Source: Escherichia coli (GTDB lineage: Bacteria > Pseudomonadota > Gammaproteobacteria > Enterobacterales > Enterobacteriaceae). From it: a stretch of DNA of 64,000 bases. How positions within the stretch are numbered: the first letter of the stretch is position 1; each line of letters begins with the position of its first letter. This document shows positions 1 through 9,879 of the stretch, in pieces. Location: the NCBI RefSeq assembly GCF_016026235.1, contig NZ_CP065613.1; one strand, written 5' to 3'. The notes under the pieces are model-generated. The model did not search any database. It was not told the DNA's origin and worked only from the letters and a program-made list of their open reading frames with translations. Made by a program: the position numbers and the translations under genes.

Positions 1-687
1 CAGAACACGGGCCTGATTGATGCGGTTCCCAGCGTAAATATCGGAAAAGCGTTCGAGAAGCCTCAGAAAAAGAACATGCCGAGCATCCGGCCTGATCAAC
101 TGCCTCAACTGATGCAGACGATGCGAACAGCAAACATCAGCCAATCAACACGATGCCTGTTCATGTGGCAGCTTCTTACTATTACCCGTCCTGCCGAAGC
201 CGCTGAAGCTCGATGGGATGAGATCGATTTTGAAGCTAAAGAATGGAAAATTCCTGCAGCTCGAATGAAGATGAACCGGGACCATACGGTTCCATTGTCT
301 GATGGAGCTCTCGCTATTCTGGCAATGATGAAGTCACTCAGTGGTGGCCGAGAATTTATCTTTCCTAGTCGAATCAAACCAACCCAGCCGATGAATAGCC
401 AAACAGTGAATGCAGCACTCAAACGTGCTGGATTGGGAGGCGTTCTCGTTTCTCATGGCTTGCGTTCTATCGCCAGTACCGCCCTTAATGAACAAGGCTT
501 CCCACCTGATGTTATTGAAGCGGCGCTGGCTCATGTGGACAAAAATGAAGTACGTCGCGCTTACAATCGCAGCGATTATCTTGAGCAGAGACGCCCGATG
601 ATGCAGTGGTGGGCAAACCTTATAAAAGCGGCAGATAGTATTCCTACCGTTTGTAACGAAGTAGCAGGTCTTAGATTGGTTGGGTAG
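1..687 (+). CDS. intA: P4/CP4-57-type tyrosine integrase (IntA-like), C-terminal catalytic part; 5-prime end outside window
   Basis: Frame 1 open from nt 1 to stop at 685-687; translation carries integrase catalytic motifs (HGLRSIAST, RRAYNRSDY) and matches recalled CP4-57 IntA C-terminus. Confidence 0.9.
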   Translation, partial: QNTGLIDAVPSVNIGKAFEKPQKKNMPSIRPDQLPQLMQTMRTANISQSTRCLFMWQLLTITRPAEAAEARWDEIDFEAKEWKIPAARMKMNRDHTVPLSDGALAILAMMKSLSGGREFIFPSRIKPTQPMNSQTVNAALKRAGLGGVLVSHGLRSIASTALNEQGFPPDVIEAALAHVDKNEVRRAYNRSDYLEQRRPMMQWWANLIKAADSIPTVCNEVAGLRLVG

Positions 688-699
688 TGGATTTAAAAT

Positions 700-736
700 C
701 TCAAGTGATTATCCTTAGAAAAGATAATCACTTGAG
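700..736. repeat. Perfect 14-bp inverted repeat (CTCAAGTGATTATC / GATAATCACTTGAG) with 9-nt spacer, 13 nt after integrase stop; possible terminator or operator
   Basis: Arms at 700-713 and 723-736 are exact reverse complements; followed by AT-rich sequence. Confidence 0.5.
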
Positions 737-1162
737 ATAATTGAAATTTTTATTGGATTAAGGCAAAACCATGCTACATTAATTAAGATAGTTTAAAATA
801 GCATTTATATAGATATATGTTACACTTTCTAAAAAAAATCGCGAAAAAGGAAATATGATAACAATCATATTTTAGAAGTTGACATAATACATACCAAATT
901 TATCGTGCTATGAACACTACATTAACCTTTTATTTTTTCATAACAAGCAAGCAAAAATGATGAATACAATAGAAATTCACCGCAAACAACCAAACATAAC
1001 TCTAGCCCAGCACATACAAAATAAAAGACTACAACTTGGAAAAGAAATCTCCAAAAAATACAAGATTTATCTCGACTTAAGGTTCTGGTTTTTTTTAGAG
1101 ATATTGAGCTTGGGAATAATAACGATCGAGACTTAATTAATCTCCTACAAAAAATAAAGTAC

Positions 1163-2032
1163 TTGGTTGATAATGGAAAGGTAGTTTGCCCTATATCTGC
1201 TACTGTTTTTTTAGAACTAATGAAACAGAACGATATCGAAACAAGGATGGCCACAGCCAAAATTATTGATCATCTGAGTTTTGGAGTTACACTTATAGCT
1301 AGTCATGAGAGAGTCAAACAAGAATTATGTAATGCTACGTATTCGATTTTGGGAGCTAAGGACAGCATTCCAATTGATCAATTAGTATGGACCAAACTAA
1401 GTTATATTTTCGGCGATTACCATCCATACGATACATCTTTCGATGCAGCTGAAGAACTGATCATTCAGAAATCTTTTTTTGATCATATGTGGGATATTTC
1501 ACTCGTTGAAATGATGAACCATATCAACTATGAAAGCTGGGAACAATTTGATTGGCAGAAAACAACAGAAATGCTTAACTTGGCTAATAAAGAGCATACC
1601 AATGAGCTTAGAAGCTATCAACACGCATATCGTATTGAGTTCGACGGAGTGTTAAGCCTTTTCAACGAGCAATTAATCCAGATATTCAAAGAGGCTTACA
1701 AGGCCGGATATAACAATGATGAAATTAATAATAAGAAAAAATCAAAAAATGAAAAACTTAAACAATTTGCACAATTAGTCCGTACTTTACATATTGGTGC
1801 CTCTTGTCATGCTGCAGTAAGATGGGATCAGAAACGCCAGCTCAATGGTAATGATCTTTTAGATTTTCATCATGCCGAAGCAGCTTTAGGATATTGTGAT
1901 TTATTTTTGACTGAAAAACCTTTGAAAGTTCTAGTGAGTCAAGAACATTTGGGATTAAGAGAATTATTCTCATGCTCTGTTGAGTCATCAGCTAGTGAAG
2001 GGCTCAAGATACTTAACATGTGTAAAATATAA
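1163..2032 (+). CDS. Hypothetical protein, 289 aa, very AT-rich, no recognisable motif; start codon uncertain (TTG at 1163 or internal ATG)
   Basis: Long ORF in a ~32 percent GC region; convergent with the 565-aa gene; no family recognised by eye. Confidence 0.5.
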   Translation: MVDNGKVVCPISATVFLELMKQNDIETRMATAKIIDHLSFGVTLIASHERVKQELCNATYSILGAKDSIPIDQLVWTKLSYIFGDYHPYDTSFDAAEELIIQKSFFDHMWDISLVEMMNHINYESWEQFDWQKTTEMLNLANKEHTNELRSYQHAYRIEFDGVLSLFNEQLIQIFKEAYKAGYNNDEINNKKKSKNEKLKQFAQLVRTLHIGASCHAAVRWDQKRQLNGNDLLDFHHAEAALGYCDLFLTEKPLKVLVSQEHLGLRELFSCSVESSASEGLKILNMCKI

Positions 2033-2071
2033 AAATTAAGAATATTTCATATTACTAAATCTATAAACTTT

Positions 2072-2102
2072 AGAGGTCATTTTCATAATTGAAGCTGACC
2101 TC
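2072..2102. terminator. Candidate hairpin between convergent genes (AGAGGTCA ... TGACCTCT)
   Basis: 8-bp inverted repeat with 16-nt loop in the 153-bp gap between convergent ORFs; no clear U-run. Confidence 0.3.
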
Positions 2103-2185
2103 TCACCCGCTCGATAAGTCTCACACAACTATGACTAAGATTGGCAAGTATTATCCCCCCCAATTATCATCTATTACAAAAATAG

Positions 2186-3883
2186 CTAATCATCTATTTT
2201 AAAATCAAAAATCCTTAAAATATCATTAAATGATGCTTCACATTGCCCCACAAGGCTAGTGAAGTGTGCACGTAGATTTTCATGATCGGTACGCGCTTCT
2301 AATATCGCTTTCTTCTTTTTTTCTGTAGAAGCATGTCCGCGTACTTCGGTTCGTAGAGCATGCAGTTTTTGCATAGGCTGAACTAACATTTTCGCTTCAT
2401 CTACTGTTGCACTTTTAGCAATAAGAGCTTCTTGTAGTATGCGCAAGGATCCCCATTTGGGTTCAATGATTCGGCCCTCATATTTAGCAATTTCACTCAG
2501 TGGCTTTGGTAAAAAGCCCTCAACTAAATACTGATCAAGCGCAAGGATTTCATCACCCCACTCTTTGATTGAATCTGTTGCAGGATACTGAACAGCGCCA
2601 CTCAATACTGTACCCCGTGGCTTCCACCAGGTGGGAGGATTCTTGTCCATTAGCGAAATTTTGTGTTTGAGTGCCAACAATGGTTCATTGGACAGATACC
2701 ATTCCCCAACAATATCCGTCTGAAATGCACGCTTAGAAATTGTTCCTTTTGGCCATTCATTGAAGGCTTGCCAATAGAGCTGTTCTTCATAAGGTAAATG
2801 AGCCAAATCACCAATGTATACATGAACTTGCCCGGCCTCATTAATATCATAGGATTTTAAATACCAAGCATTTCGACAAGCAATACTTCTTTCATCTAAA
2901 GTATATTTTTCTGGATCCGCCTTGAAACGATGTAACACTTCTGCTCTAAAAAAGGCAGGTGAAACTTCCCACGGTAATTTATTTTCTTGAAAATAGTTAG
3001 ATAGTGAGTCTGGTCCGCAAGATGTTTCAACATTGCAGCTATTTTTACGATCGTATATTTTAAAGGTTGCGTATTTCCTTTTAGATGGATTATCTTCATC
3101 CTTCCATGCTTTTACCAGACCGCGCACAGTTACTTGAGGGCGAATGATCATTACACCATTACAGTAACTGGCTTCCCCGTTAATACCACCATGATAAAAA
3201 AGACTCCCTTCATCTTTAGTATATCTGTTGATATTCCCCCAGCCAGCAAAATTACCCCATCTGACACGTGTAAAATCAAACTTTAAAACAAGACATGTTT
3301 TGGATAAAGCCATGAATGTATCTAAATCCTTTCTCTTAATAGTAACTATATCCAGATAGTTAAAAGGAGGTGAAATATTTTTGTTAATTATCCTGATTAC
3401 ATCTTCAATATCACCCCGTTCATCGAGACGACAATATGCATTTCTTTCTGGCAAGTAATATAACCCAAGGCTGTGCACAAGTTTCTGACTTAATTCGATA
3501 GGTGCACGGCCTTCTTCAACGCCATGAAACCTACGACGATAAATTAATGCCTCTCCCCCTTTGAACACCCCATCTAAAGGTGGCTCAAGATAAATACGAT
3601 GTCCTTGACCTCCACCCCATGACTTTTGAATCTTCCAACAATACTCAACATCCATACGCATATTCTGCAATGCCCATCTATCTGCTGTAGTAACATTTTT
3701 CTCTAGAGCTAGCGCGCCATGAATTAGGACACTATTTCCAATCGCGTAGATAACCACTTCATCATTTTGAGCATTTTCTTTCAGAAATTTAATTGACCTT
3801 TCAGCCTCTATTAACCAAGCGGCATCATCATTCTGTGGCTTTTCCGAAATAGCATGAAGCTCTGTGAATTTAAATTGGCTCAT
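2186..3883 (-). CDS. Hypothetical protein, 565 aa, uncharacterised; possibly associated with the upstream three-gene operon
   Basis: ATG at 3883; same strand as and 119 bp downstream of the coupled operon; no P-loop or known catalytic motif recognised. Confidence 0.7.
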   Translation of the reverse strand: MSQFKFTELHAISEKPQNDDAAWLIEAERSIKFLKENAQNDEVVIYAIGNSVLIHGALALEKNVTTADRWALQNMRMDVEYCWKIQKSWGGGQGHRIYLEPPLDGVFKGGEALIYRRRFHGVEEGRAPIELSQKLVHSLGLYYLPERNAYCRLDERGDIEDVIRIINKNISPPFNYLDIVTIKRKDLDTFMALSKTCLVLKFDFTRVRWGNFAGWGNINRYTKDEGSLFYHGGINGEASYCNGVMIIRPQVTVRGLVKAWKDEDNPSKRKYATFKIYDRKNSCNVETSCGPDSLSNYFQENKLPWEVSPAFFRAEVLHRFKADPEKYTLDERSIACRNAWYLKSYDINEAGQVHVYIGDLAHLPYEEQLYWQAFNEWPKGTISKRAFQTDIVGEWYLSNEPLLALKHKISLMDKNPPTWWKPRGTVLSGAVQYPATDSIKEWGDEILALDQYLVEGFLPKPLSEIAKYEGRIIEPKWGSLRILQEALIAKSATVDEAKMLVQPMQKLHALRTEVRGHASTEKKKKAILEARTDHENLRAHFTSLVGQCEASFNDILRIFDFKIDD

Positions 3884-3927
3884 GAGTAATATTCATATCC
3901 TTTTACTTTATCTATAACTGACATCAC

Positions 3928-3978
3928 TTATAAGTTATAAGTTATAAGTTATAAGTTATAAGTTATAAGTTATAAGTT
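3928..3978. repeat. Simple sequence repeat: 7 tandem copies of heptamer TTATAAG (3928-3976) plus partial unit
   Basis: Read directly: units at 3928, 3935, 3942, 3949, 3956, 3963, 3970; lies 45-95 nt upstream of the 565-aa gene start codon. Confidence 0.95.
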
Positions 3979-4002
3979 CCCCTTATGAATTAAGAAATAA
4001 CA

Positions 4003-5451
4003 TCAAACAAATACCACCCCTCTCGTAATTTTTTCACTGAATCTGCCATAACTTCCATTACGATGGAATCTACGTACTTGCCAAGAGTAAAATGAGCGCA
4101 ATGACCCGGTATTTGTTATGTTTCTCTCGCGATATGTAGTGCCTCGCGATATGAGGGCTGTCCCACAATTACCTTGAATTTGCCCTAGCCTAGCTGGCCC
4201 CCATCCAGCATTCCAATAATAAAGCTCTGCGACGACTAGGTCCTTTAACTTAACCTGTAGACGCCCATCATGCGGGATGACTTCAAGAGAATTTTCTATG
4301 CCTGGCATCGTCGGTAAAAATAACCGGGATGGATACAAATCATGTTGTAGGTATCCTATCCGACCAAAATCGAGCATTCCCGCCAATGGCCAAGCCATAC
4401 AAGTTTTATTCACCAGTTGTTCAAAAGTTGGTGGAGTTATTAAGGTTGTTGTACTGAGTGGATCCGGAGCTTGGCTGGAAAGCATTTGTTCACGTGTCCA
4501 GAACGATTCAATATGGGATGTCAACGAGTCCGCTCCTTCCTTATCACTGCTTACAGTTTGTGACCACCGAACAATCGACAACTCTACGCACTGTTCCATT
4601 GACATTGAAATGGGCGAGCTAAATGCAATTAGCTCGTCTCCTGGGTTTGCCGCCTCTACTTGAGCAAAGAAAGTTCGCAATGAAGCCTCGATCGCCTTAC
4701 TATCACTTTTGAATTCAGTCGATACTGAGAGCCATTCGGGACGATAAGGTCGAAGAAAAGCCAAAGTTGGATGGATAGGCAACGCCAAGAGAGAATGTTG
4801 CTCGGTCAACTCCATTGGTATCCTCCAGATGTGTCTAGCCACAGCTAACGTGCGAAGATAAGCGGAAATTACGCGAAGGGCTGTTCGAGAGGAAAAATGA
4901 GGGGCAAAGCCCTCTCCCAAGGGCCGAATGAAATATCCTGCATCCCCTTGGTACGGTGCATTTGGATATGCCGTCCGGTTTTTTGTCCATTCGAAGGCCA
5001 TTTGTCGAATAAATGGACAGCGGGTAAAAGTTTCCAACTTGCTAATGGTTATATGGAAGATTCTTGGCAAATCCGTACCTTGAACACTATCAAAGTCATC
5101 GGGAATGATGAAGTCTTCTGGAGCTAGTTCCAAATCAGTATTCATGAGCAGAATCGATAACCCAAAATCTTTCATCAACAATGATGAAAGTGGTGAGGGT
5201 AGAAGAATATTCTCTGCCAACAAAGTCGTAGGAAAGTAGTTAAACTCTTTAATTGCCATCCAGAAAATACATAATACTTCGACAACCTCGGCTTCAAGTT
5301 TGCGCGAGCGCAGCAATTGAAGCAGCAATGATTCGGTTTCAGCTTTCGTCTCAGGCTCTCCCAGTCGAGCGGCAAGCTCCTGGATAGTCCACCACCGAGC
5401 AGACGTAGCAGGCCATCCAAGACGGGCAATAAGAATGCGAAGATCGTTCAT
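4003..5451 (-). CDS. Hypothetical protein, ~482 aa, third gene of coupled operon
   Basis: ATG at 5451-5449 overlaps the TGA stop (5450-5448) of the upstream 1475-aa gene (ATGA overlap); the track ORF start at 5496 is an in-frame upstream extension. Confidence 0.7.
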   Translation of the reverse strand: MNDLRILIARLGWPATSARWWTIQELAARLGEPETKAETESLLLQLLRSRKLEAEVVEVLCIFWMAIKEFNYFPTTLLAENILLPSPLSSLLMKDFGLSILLMNTDLELAPEDFIIPDDFDSVQGTDLPRIFHITISKLETFTRCPFIRQMAFEWTKNRTAYPNAPYQGDAGYFIRPLGEGFAPHFSSRTALRVISAYLRTLAVARHIWRIPMELTEQHSLLALPIHPTLAFLRPYRPEWLSVSTEFKSDSKAIEASLRTFFAQVEAANPGDELIAFSSPISMSMEQCVELSIVRWSQTVSSDKEGADSLTSHIESFWTREQMLSSQAPDPLSTTTLITPPTFEQLVNKTCMAWPLAGMLDFGRIGYLQHDLYPSRLFLPTMPGIENSLEVIPHDGRLQVKLKDLVVAELYYWNAGWGPARLGQIQGNCGTALISRGTTYRERNITNTGSLRSFYSWQVRRFHRNGSYGRFSEKITRGVVFV

Positions 5452-8400
5452 TTCACTTCCTGGGCGATTGGCTCGAGCAGTTTTGACATCCAGCAAGGTG
5501 GTTCTAAGGGCAAGGTCCGAGTATCCTCAATCACACAATTAACCATCGTCTCTGTGAACTTTACAGCTTCATCAATGCGATTTTGCTTAACGTAGAAATA
5601 GACCATAACTTCCGATGGAGCTAGGCGTGACGACACTGGCTCATCAAACATGTTGTAGGTTGTTACGGCCACAAATTCATCACAGCGCTGCGGATAATTT
5701 TGGACAACCAGGTCGAGTCTTTTGCAAGTCACATCCACGTTCTCCATGTAACCAATCCATCCCCCATTACGGATCTGTGCATGAACAAGATACTTCCAAG
5801 CTGCAGTTAAGCCACTTAATCTACGTTTTGTTTGAAATGCAAACTCGGAAAGATGTAGAGCTTCCCTCATCCATTTGTTGTTTTTTGCAAATAAAATCTT
5901 ATCCAGTTCGACGAGTAAATTTCGCCCCTGCTTTTGGCTTTCCCAGTGCTGATACCAAGTACGGAGAAGTTTTGGACGCTCTTTGTAATATGGTTCCAGA
6001 ACTTTGAGCAAGTCTTCCAATTGTTCAGGTCTAAAGACCGTCACATCACCTTCATAAGGTTTATTGTCAGCGTCACTACTTGAATTTTCGTGGCGTTGTA
6101 AACAACCAATATCCCATCCATTATGCTCTTCAAGAATGCGAAGCCGCTCGGAAGCAGTTGTACAACCATCCTCTACAAGTTGTTGAAGTGTATCCCGAAT
6201 TTCGGGATGAAGGCCTGTGCGCATTAGAGCATCCAGAGGCCACTCTTCAATGATTCCCTGTTTGATGTAGGCCTGCATACTGCTCTCGGCCAAAGCCCAG
6301 TCACCCACACATGTATGCTCTTCAAATTTTATTACCAATGCGGAAGGCTTCAGCTTTGCCAGTAGCCGATCTGCTTCAGCAAGAACATGTCTCGTACCCT
6401 TACCATCGGTGTAATCCAAAACATGGTGTATTTGCGGCGCAATTTTAGCCAGTAACCGACAAGCTTCTTTCGGCACTACATCAACTAAATAAGCGATGGC
6501 ATCAACCGTATTACTCAGTGTCGGATCTTTACGATGTCCGTATCCAGTGGTCAATTCCCACGTCTGCGTGCAAAGCTCACGAGCCTCCGAATTCAGTTGA
6601 TGGGAGATCGCTATCGCACAGAGTTGTAATGGTATTTGAAGATGTACACTGGTCTCATTTTGAATGTCTGCATCAAGTAACAAACGTTGAGCGCCAATGA
6701 ATGTTATAGCCGCTTCGTCGGCCATTCTGATCAATGAACCAGATGCGTACTGAGTGCGGAATGACGCACTATCGAACCAAGCGCATTGCAACGCAGCATC
6801 AATAGTCGATTGGGAAAGTACCACAGCACTAGTTCCCGAAAGCAGAACACTACCAATATATATATCGCAAGCAATACGGTGTAGTGCCGCTTGAAAGTCC
6901 GCCGTTGCCGATTTTCTAAAATAACTTTGTCTAAATCGCCGCGATTCAACAGGCTCGAGTAATTCATACAGCTCATGGAAGTTGATGAATTCCCCACACC
7001 ACCATCGTTGGGCTATTTGTGCACCAATTCCGGACAGTACATTGAGATAATCAGTAATATCTTCTCTATCTTCGTACATAGGGGCTTTGATGTGCTCGAA
7101 GTTTGTTTGCCCTTCTGCAATCATACAAAGATTCAGATGTACGGCACCAAACAGCCAGTGGTGCGTGAGAGTTGCCAAATTATCTTTGTGTTTGTAATAG
7201 CTGTCGCTTATCCAGTTCACCGGGATTGGTTGGCTCGAAGGAGTTGAGGTTTTGATTAACGCGACCTCTATTGCAGCCACAAATGGAGTTCTGACAAGTT
7301 CGTCGAAGTCCTCTCGCTCGGTCACTACTACCCCTGCAACCGCAGCCGCTCGTATACAAGCATCGCTAATTATGTTCTTTTTCTGTCCATCGGGTAGAGA
7401 AGCTGCTAGCAACATTAAATCATCCAAATTACCTTTTTGAATCAGCATTTGAACGCGAGGTAACCATATGTCCGGGCTATTTTTGTCGACTAACCAAGCG
7501 AGATTTTCAGATGTATCAGCGATAACGCCAAGCTGTGTAAATGCACTGGCCAGAAACAAGAGTTCATCAGAACCAGCCCTTGAATTATATTTATTGGAAA
7601 ATTGGCATAGGGCTCTGAACCGATGAAAGGCTTCTTCACCGCAAATTTCTGCCTGAATAATATCCCCTCGAGACAGTAAGGCCAGACCAAGTGCAACAAC
7701 GTGTAAAATATCCGTTTCATGCCTAGAGGCTATAGACTCACGTATCACACTTTCCTCTGAGGTTAGTGTCAATGTAAAAGATATGAGCCTAGCCAGATCG
7801 CTATCCTGCATCTGAAATTGACTTCCATCAACCATACGAGCTTTCAGATGCGCCAACCGGTAGGCATCTGAAAAATTTGCAGTTTCAAGCGCAGCGCTCA
7901 GGGCTTCTGACAATAATATCTCAAATAAAGCTTCTGAATATCCTTCTTTTAAGCGACTCATGATCCAGTCACGAGTTAAACCTGTAATGAGATTGTTGGG
8001 GTTACCAAGCTTCGCTTGAACTGTCCATAACCAGTTCACTCGTAGTGAAGTAGGTGCCTGATGTTCAAGCCAGTCTGCAATAACAGGCATTAATTCATTG
8101 ATTCGACTCTCATAGTCATCAGTTGCACGTACGAAAACAGCCAAACTTTCATGGAAGACTTTAAGACCAGCCACAGACGAATGGAGCAAATGCTCTACTT
8201 TATCCACATCTGGTTCCACCGCCTTAATTTTGGTAGCAATCTCTGAGAAGGCTGTCTTAGGCCAGAAAAAAGTAAAGGCACAGATAAGCCTTAGCGTATC
8301 CTTTTGGCTTGGAGCAAGACGTTCCCATAGAGATGCATAGTAAAATCGGGCGTCTTGGCTCAAGTCTCCCTTCAACTGCTCAATATCCCAACTGGATAGT

Positions 8401-9875
8401 CTGCGACCCGAATGTTTCAATTCTGATGTAGCATAAATAACGTGAAGAGGATGGCCATTAGTTTTCTTACGAAGAGCGGATGCTGCACTCTGCAGTTGTT
8501 CTTCAATTTGTTCTTCACTTTCAAAACCAGTTGTAAGCCAGCCTTCTTGAACTGTTCTACGTAGATAAGAAAGTACTGCACTCTCAGACATTGCAGGCAA
8601 TGTATGCCACTCAGATTTTGGTGCAAAGGCGAGCAAATCCGCTGGCAACTGTTCGTCATTTACCGGTTGAGTGCCGACGAGCAGTACCATATTTTCCGGG
8701 CAGGGAATTACCTGACAGAAAAGGTCATCTAGTGGTCGTTTATCCTCAGCGTTGATACGCCAGACATGATCCAAACCATCAAGAATGAGCACAAATGGCT
8801 TTCCCAGTACTTTGTAGTGGGCAGCACATGCCTCCAATTGTGTATGTAAGCCTCCACCAGTTTTCGGGACATCCTCGTGAAACTGTTGGATCTGCGCCAG
8901 AATGGATTGCTCGACAATGTAGCTATTAACCCGGTCGCGGCCTCGCTCGGTTGTCGACAGAAAATAGTGATGGCGAACCGTTGGGATACCTTTTTCTGCA
9001 AGCGTGTCGCACAGTGCGCTCAGGTAAGTACTCTTTCCGCGTCCTGGTGGACCAGTCAGCACAATTGCCTTTCCGGTAGCATTAATTGTGCTCTGGACAA
9101 ATTCTTGATGGAATATTTCATCAGGAACCTCATAACCTTCTGGAACAACAAAATCCTCTGGCAAAGGAGCTGGAGGTGAAGCTCGCAAGATGGTTCCAAC
9201 CTCTGCCAGTTTAATCCAGCCATCCGGCGCAGGGAGATTTTTTTGCGTTGCCCAATTCAGAGCCACATATTTTAGATTAGCGATTCCCTCTGGCGTACCA
9301 TGCAGTCGAAGGCGAGCATCAACTTCATGCTCCAATGCAAGATAGCCCTTATCGCTGTGTCGAATACATAATTGTCTGAAGAAAAGTTTGCATTCCTCAA
9401 CGCCGCCGAGTTCAACTTCTACCAAGGTGCGCTGAGGTTCTGGGATCTTAGAAGGATCAATCCGGTCTCGTTCCAGACAAACCTCAATAGCAGCATCTGG
9501 TCGGCGATTCGTTATGAGCGAAATTTCGCCAATACGCACTGGATCAAGTTGTTTGAAAGCATCGAACCATTTGCGTAGCATCGATCTCGACCGCTCTGTC
9601 TTGCCCGTTTTCTCCAGCATCCAATCCCAAGATAGAAGATGCGTCTCAGAATCTGGGGTGAACTTGATCTGCTGAAGGTCAACGAAGCCATCACTTCGTT
9701 CGATGACGATATCATCTAGTCCCTGTGGTGCTTCGTTTTCATTATCACATTCAAATTTCACGCGGCTATAGCGCGTCGGCGCATCAAGCCAATCGCACAG
9801 GACCTTAAGGCCCTGGCGATTTTGATAAATATAACCAGCTGCAGTGATGGCGGTTTTCTTAATATCTTCACTCAT
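5448..9875 (-). CDS. STAND-type P-loop NTPase, 1475 aa (Avs/NLR-like architecture): N-terminal effector-like domain, central NTPase, ~1000-aa C-terminal helical region
   Basis: Walker A LTGPPGRGKST; Walker B-like FVLILDGLDHVW (hhhhDGhD pattern of STAND/NACHT NTPases) ~90 residues later; long C-terminal alpha-rich region; N-terminal ~200 aa with D/E/K-rich pattern. Confidence 0.75.
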   Translation of the reverse strand: MSEDIKKTAITAAGYIYQNRQGLKVLCDWLDAPTRYSRVKFECDNENEAPQGLDDIVIERSDGFVDLQQIKFTPDSETHLLSWDWMLEKTGKTERSRSMLRKWFDAFKQLDPVRIGEISLITNRRPDAAIEVCLERDRIDPSKIPEPQRTLVEVELGGVEECKLFFRQLCIRHSDKGYLALEHEVDARLRLHGTPEGIANLKYVALNWATQKNLPAPDGWIKLAEVGTILRASPPAPLPEDFVVPEGYEVPDEIFHQEFVQSTINATGKAIVLTGPPGRGKSTYLSALCDTLAEKGIPTVRHHYFLSTTERGRDRVNSYIVEQSILAQIQQFHEDVPKTGGGLHTQLEACAAHYKVLGKPFVLILDGLDHVWRINAEDKRPLDDLFCQVIPCPENMVLLVGTQPVNDEQLPADLLAFAPKSEWHTLPAMSESAVLSYLRRTVQEGWLTTGFESEEQIEEQLQSAASALRKKTNGHPLHVIYATSELKHSGRRLSSWDIEQLKGDLSQDARFYYASLWERLAPSQKDTLRLICAFTFFWPKTAFSEIATKIKAVEPDVDKVEHLLHSSVAGLKVFHESLAVFVRATDDYESRINELMPVIADWLEHQAPTSLRVNWLWTVQAKLGNPNNLITGLTRDWIMSRLKEGYSEALFEILLSEALSAALETANFSDAYRLAHLKARMVDGSQFQMQDSDLARLISFTLTLTSEESVIRESIASRHETDILHVVALGLALLSRGDIIQAEICGEEAFHRFRALCQFSNKYNSRAGSDELLFLASAFTQLGVIADTSENLAWLVDKNSPDIWLPRVQMLIQKGNLDDLMLLAASLPDGQKKNIISDACIRAAAVAGVVVTEREDFDELVRTPFVAAIEVALIKTSTPSSQPIPVNWISDSYYKHKDNLATLTHHWLFGAVHLNLCMIAEGQTNFEHIKAPMYEDREDITDYLNVLSGIGAQIAQRWWCGEFINFHELYELLEPVESRRFRQSYFRKSATADFQAALHRIACDIYIGSVLLSGTSAVVLSQSTIDAALQCAWFDSASFRTQYASGSLIRMADEAAITFIGAQRLLLDADIQNETSVHLQIPLQLCAIAISHQLNSEARELCTQTWELTTGYGHRKDPTLSNTVDAIAYLVDVVPKEACRLLAKIAPQIHHVLDYTDGKGTRHVLAEADRLLAKLKPSALVIKFEEHTCVGDWALAESSMQAYIKQGIIEEWPLDALMRTGLHPEIRDTLQQLVEDGCTTASERLRILEEHNGWDIGCLQRHENSSSDADNKPYEGDVTVFRPEQLEDLLKVLEPYYKERPKLLRTWYQHWESQKQGRNLLVELDKILFAKNNKWMREALHLSEFAFQTKRRLSGLTAAWKYLVHAQIRNGGWIGYMENVDVTCKRLDLVVQNYPQRCDEFVAVTTYNMFDEPVSSRLAPSEVMVYFYVKQNRIDEAVKFTETMVNCVIEDTRTLPLEPPCWMSKLLEPIAQEVK

Positions 9876-9879
9876 AGCA

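Noticed and set aside
105..422. Minus-strand ORF (105 aa) inside the integrase gene
   Set aside because: Antisense shadow ORF fully within a well-supported integrase reading frame; no independent support.
957..1136. 59-codon ATG ORF (MMNTIEIHRK...) upstream of the 289-aa gene
   Set aside because: Short, AT-rich, different frame from the downstream gene; could be a leader peptide or a frameshifted N-terminus but there is insufficient evidence to annotate.
4277..4663. Plus-strand 128-aa ORF inside the 482-aa gene (also 5615-6007, 10108-10770 and 12539-12991 inside the large operon genes)
   Set aside because: All lie antisense within long continuous minus-strand reading frames that have coupled start/stop junctions; treated as shadow ORFs.
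4003..5496. Track start for the 482-aa gene 45 nt upstream (497 aa), overlapping the STAND gene by 49 nt
   Set aside because: An ATG at 5451 gives the classic ATGA stop/start overlap with the upstream gene; the longer form is possible but less parsimonious.
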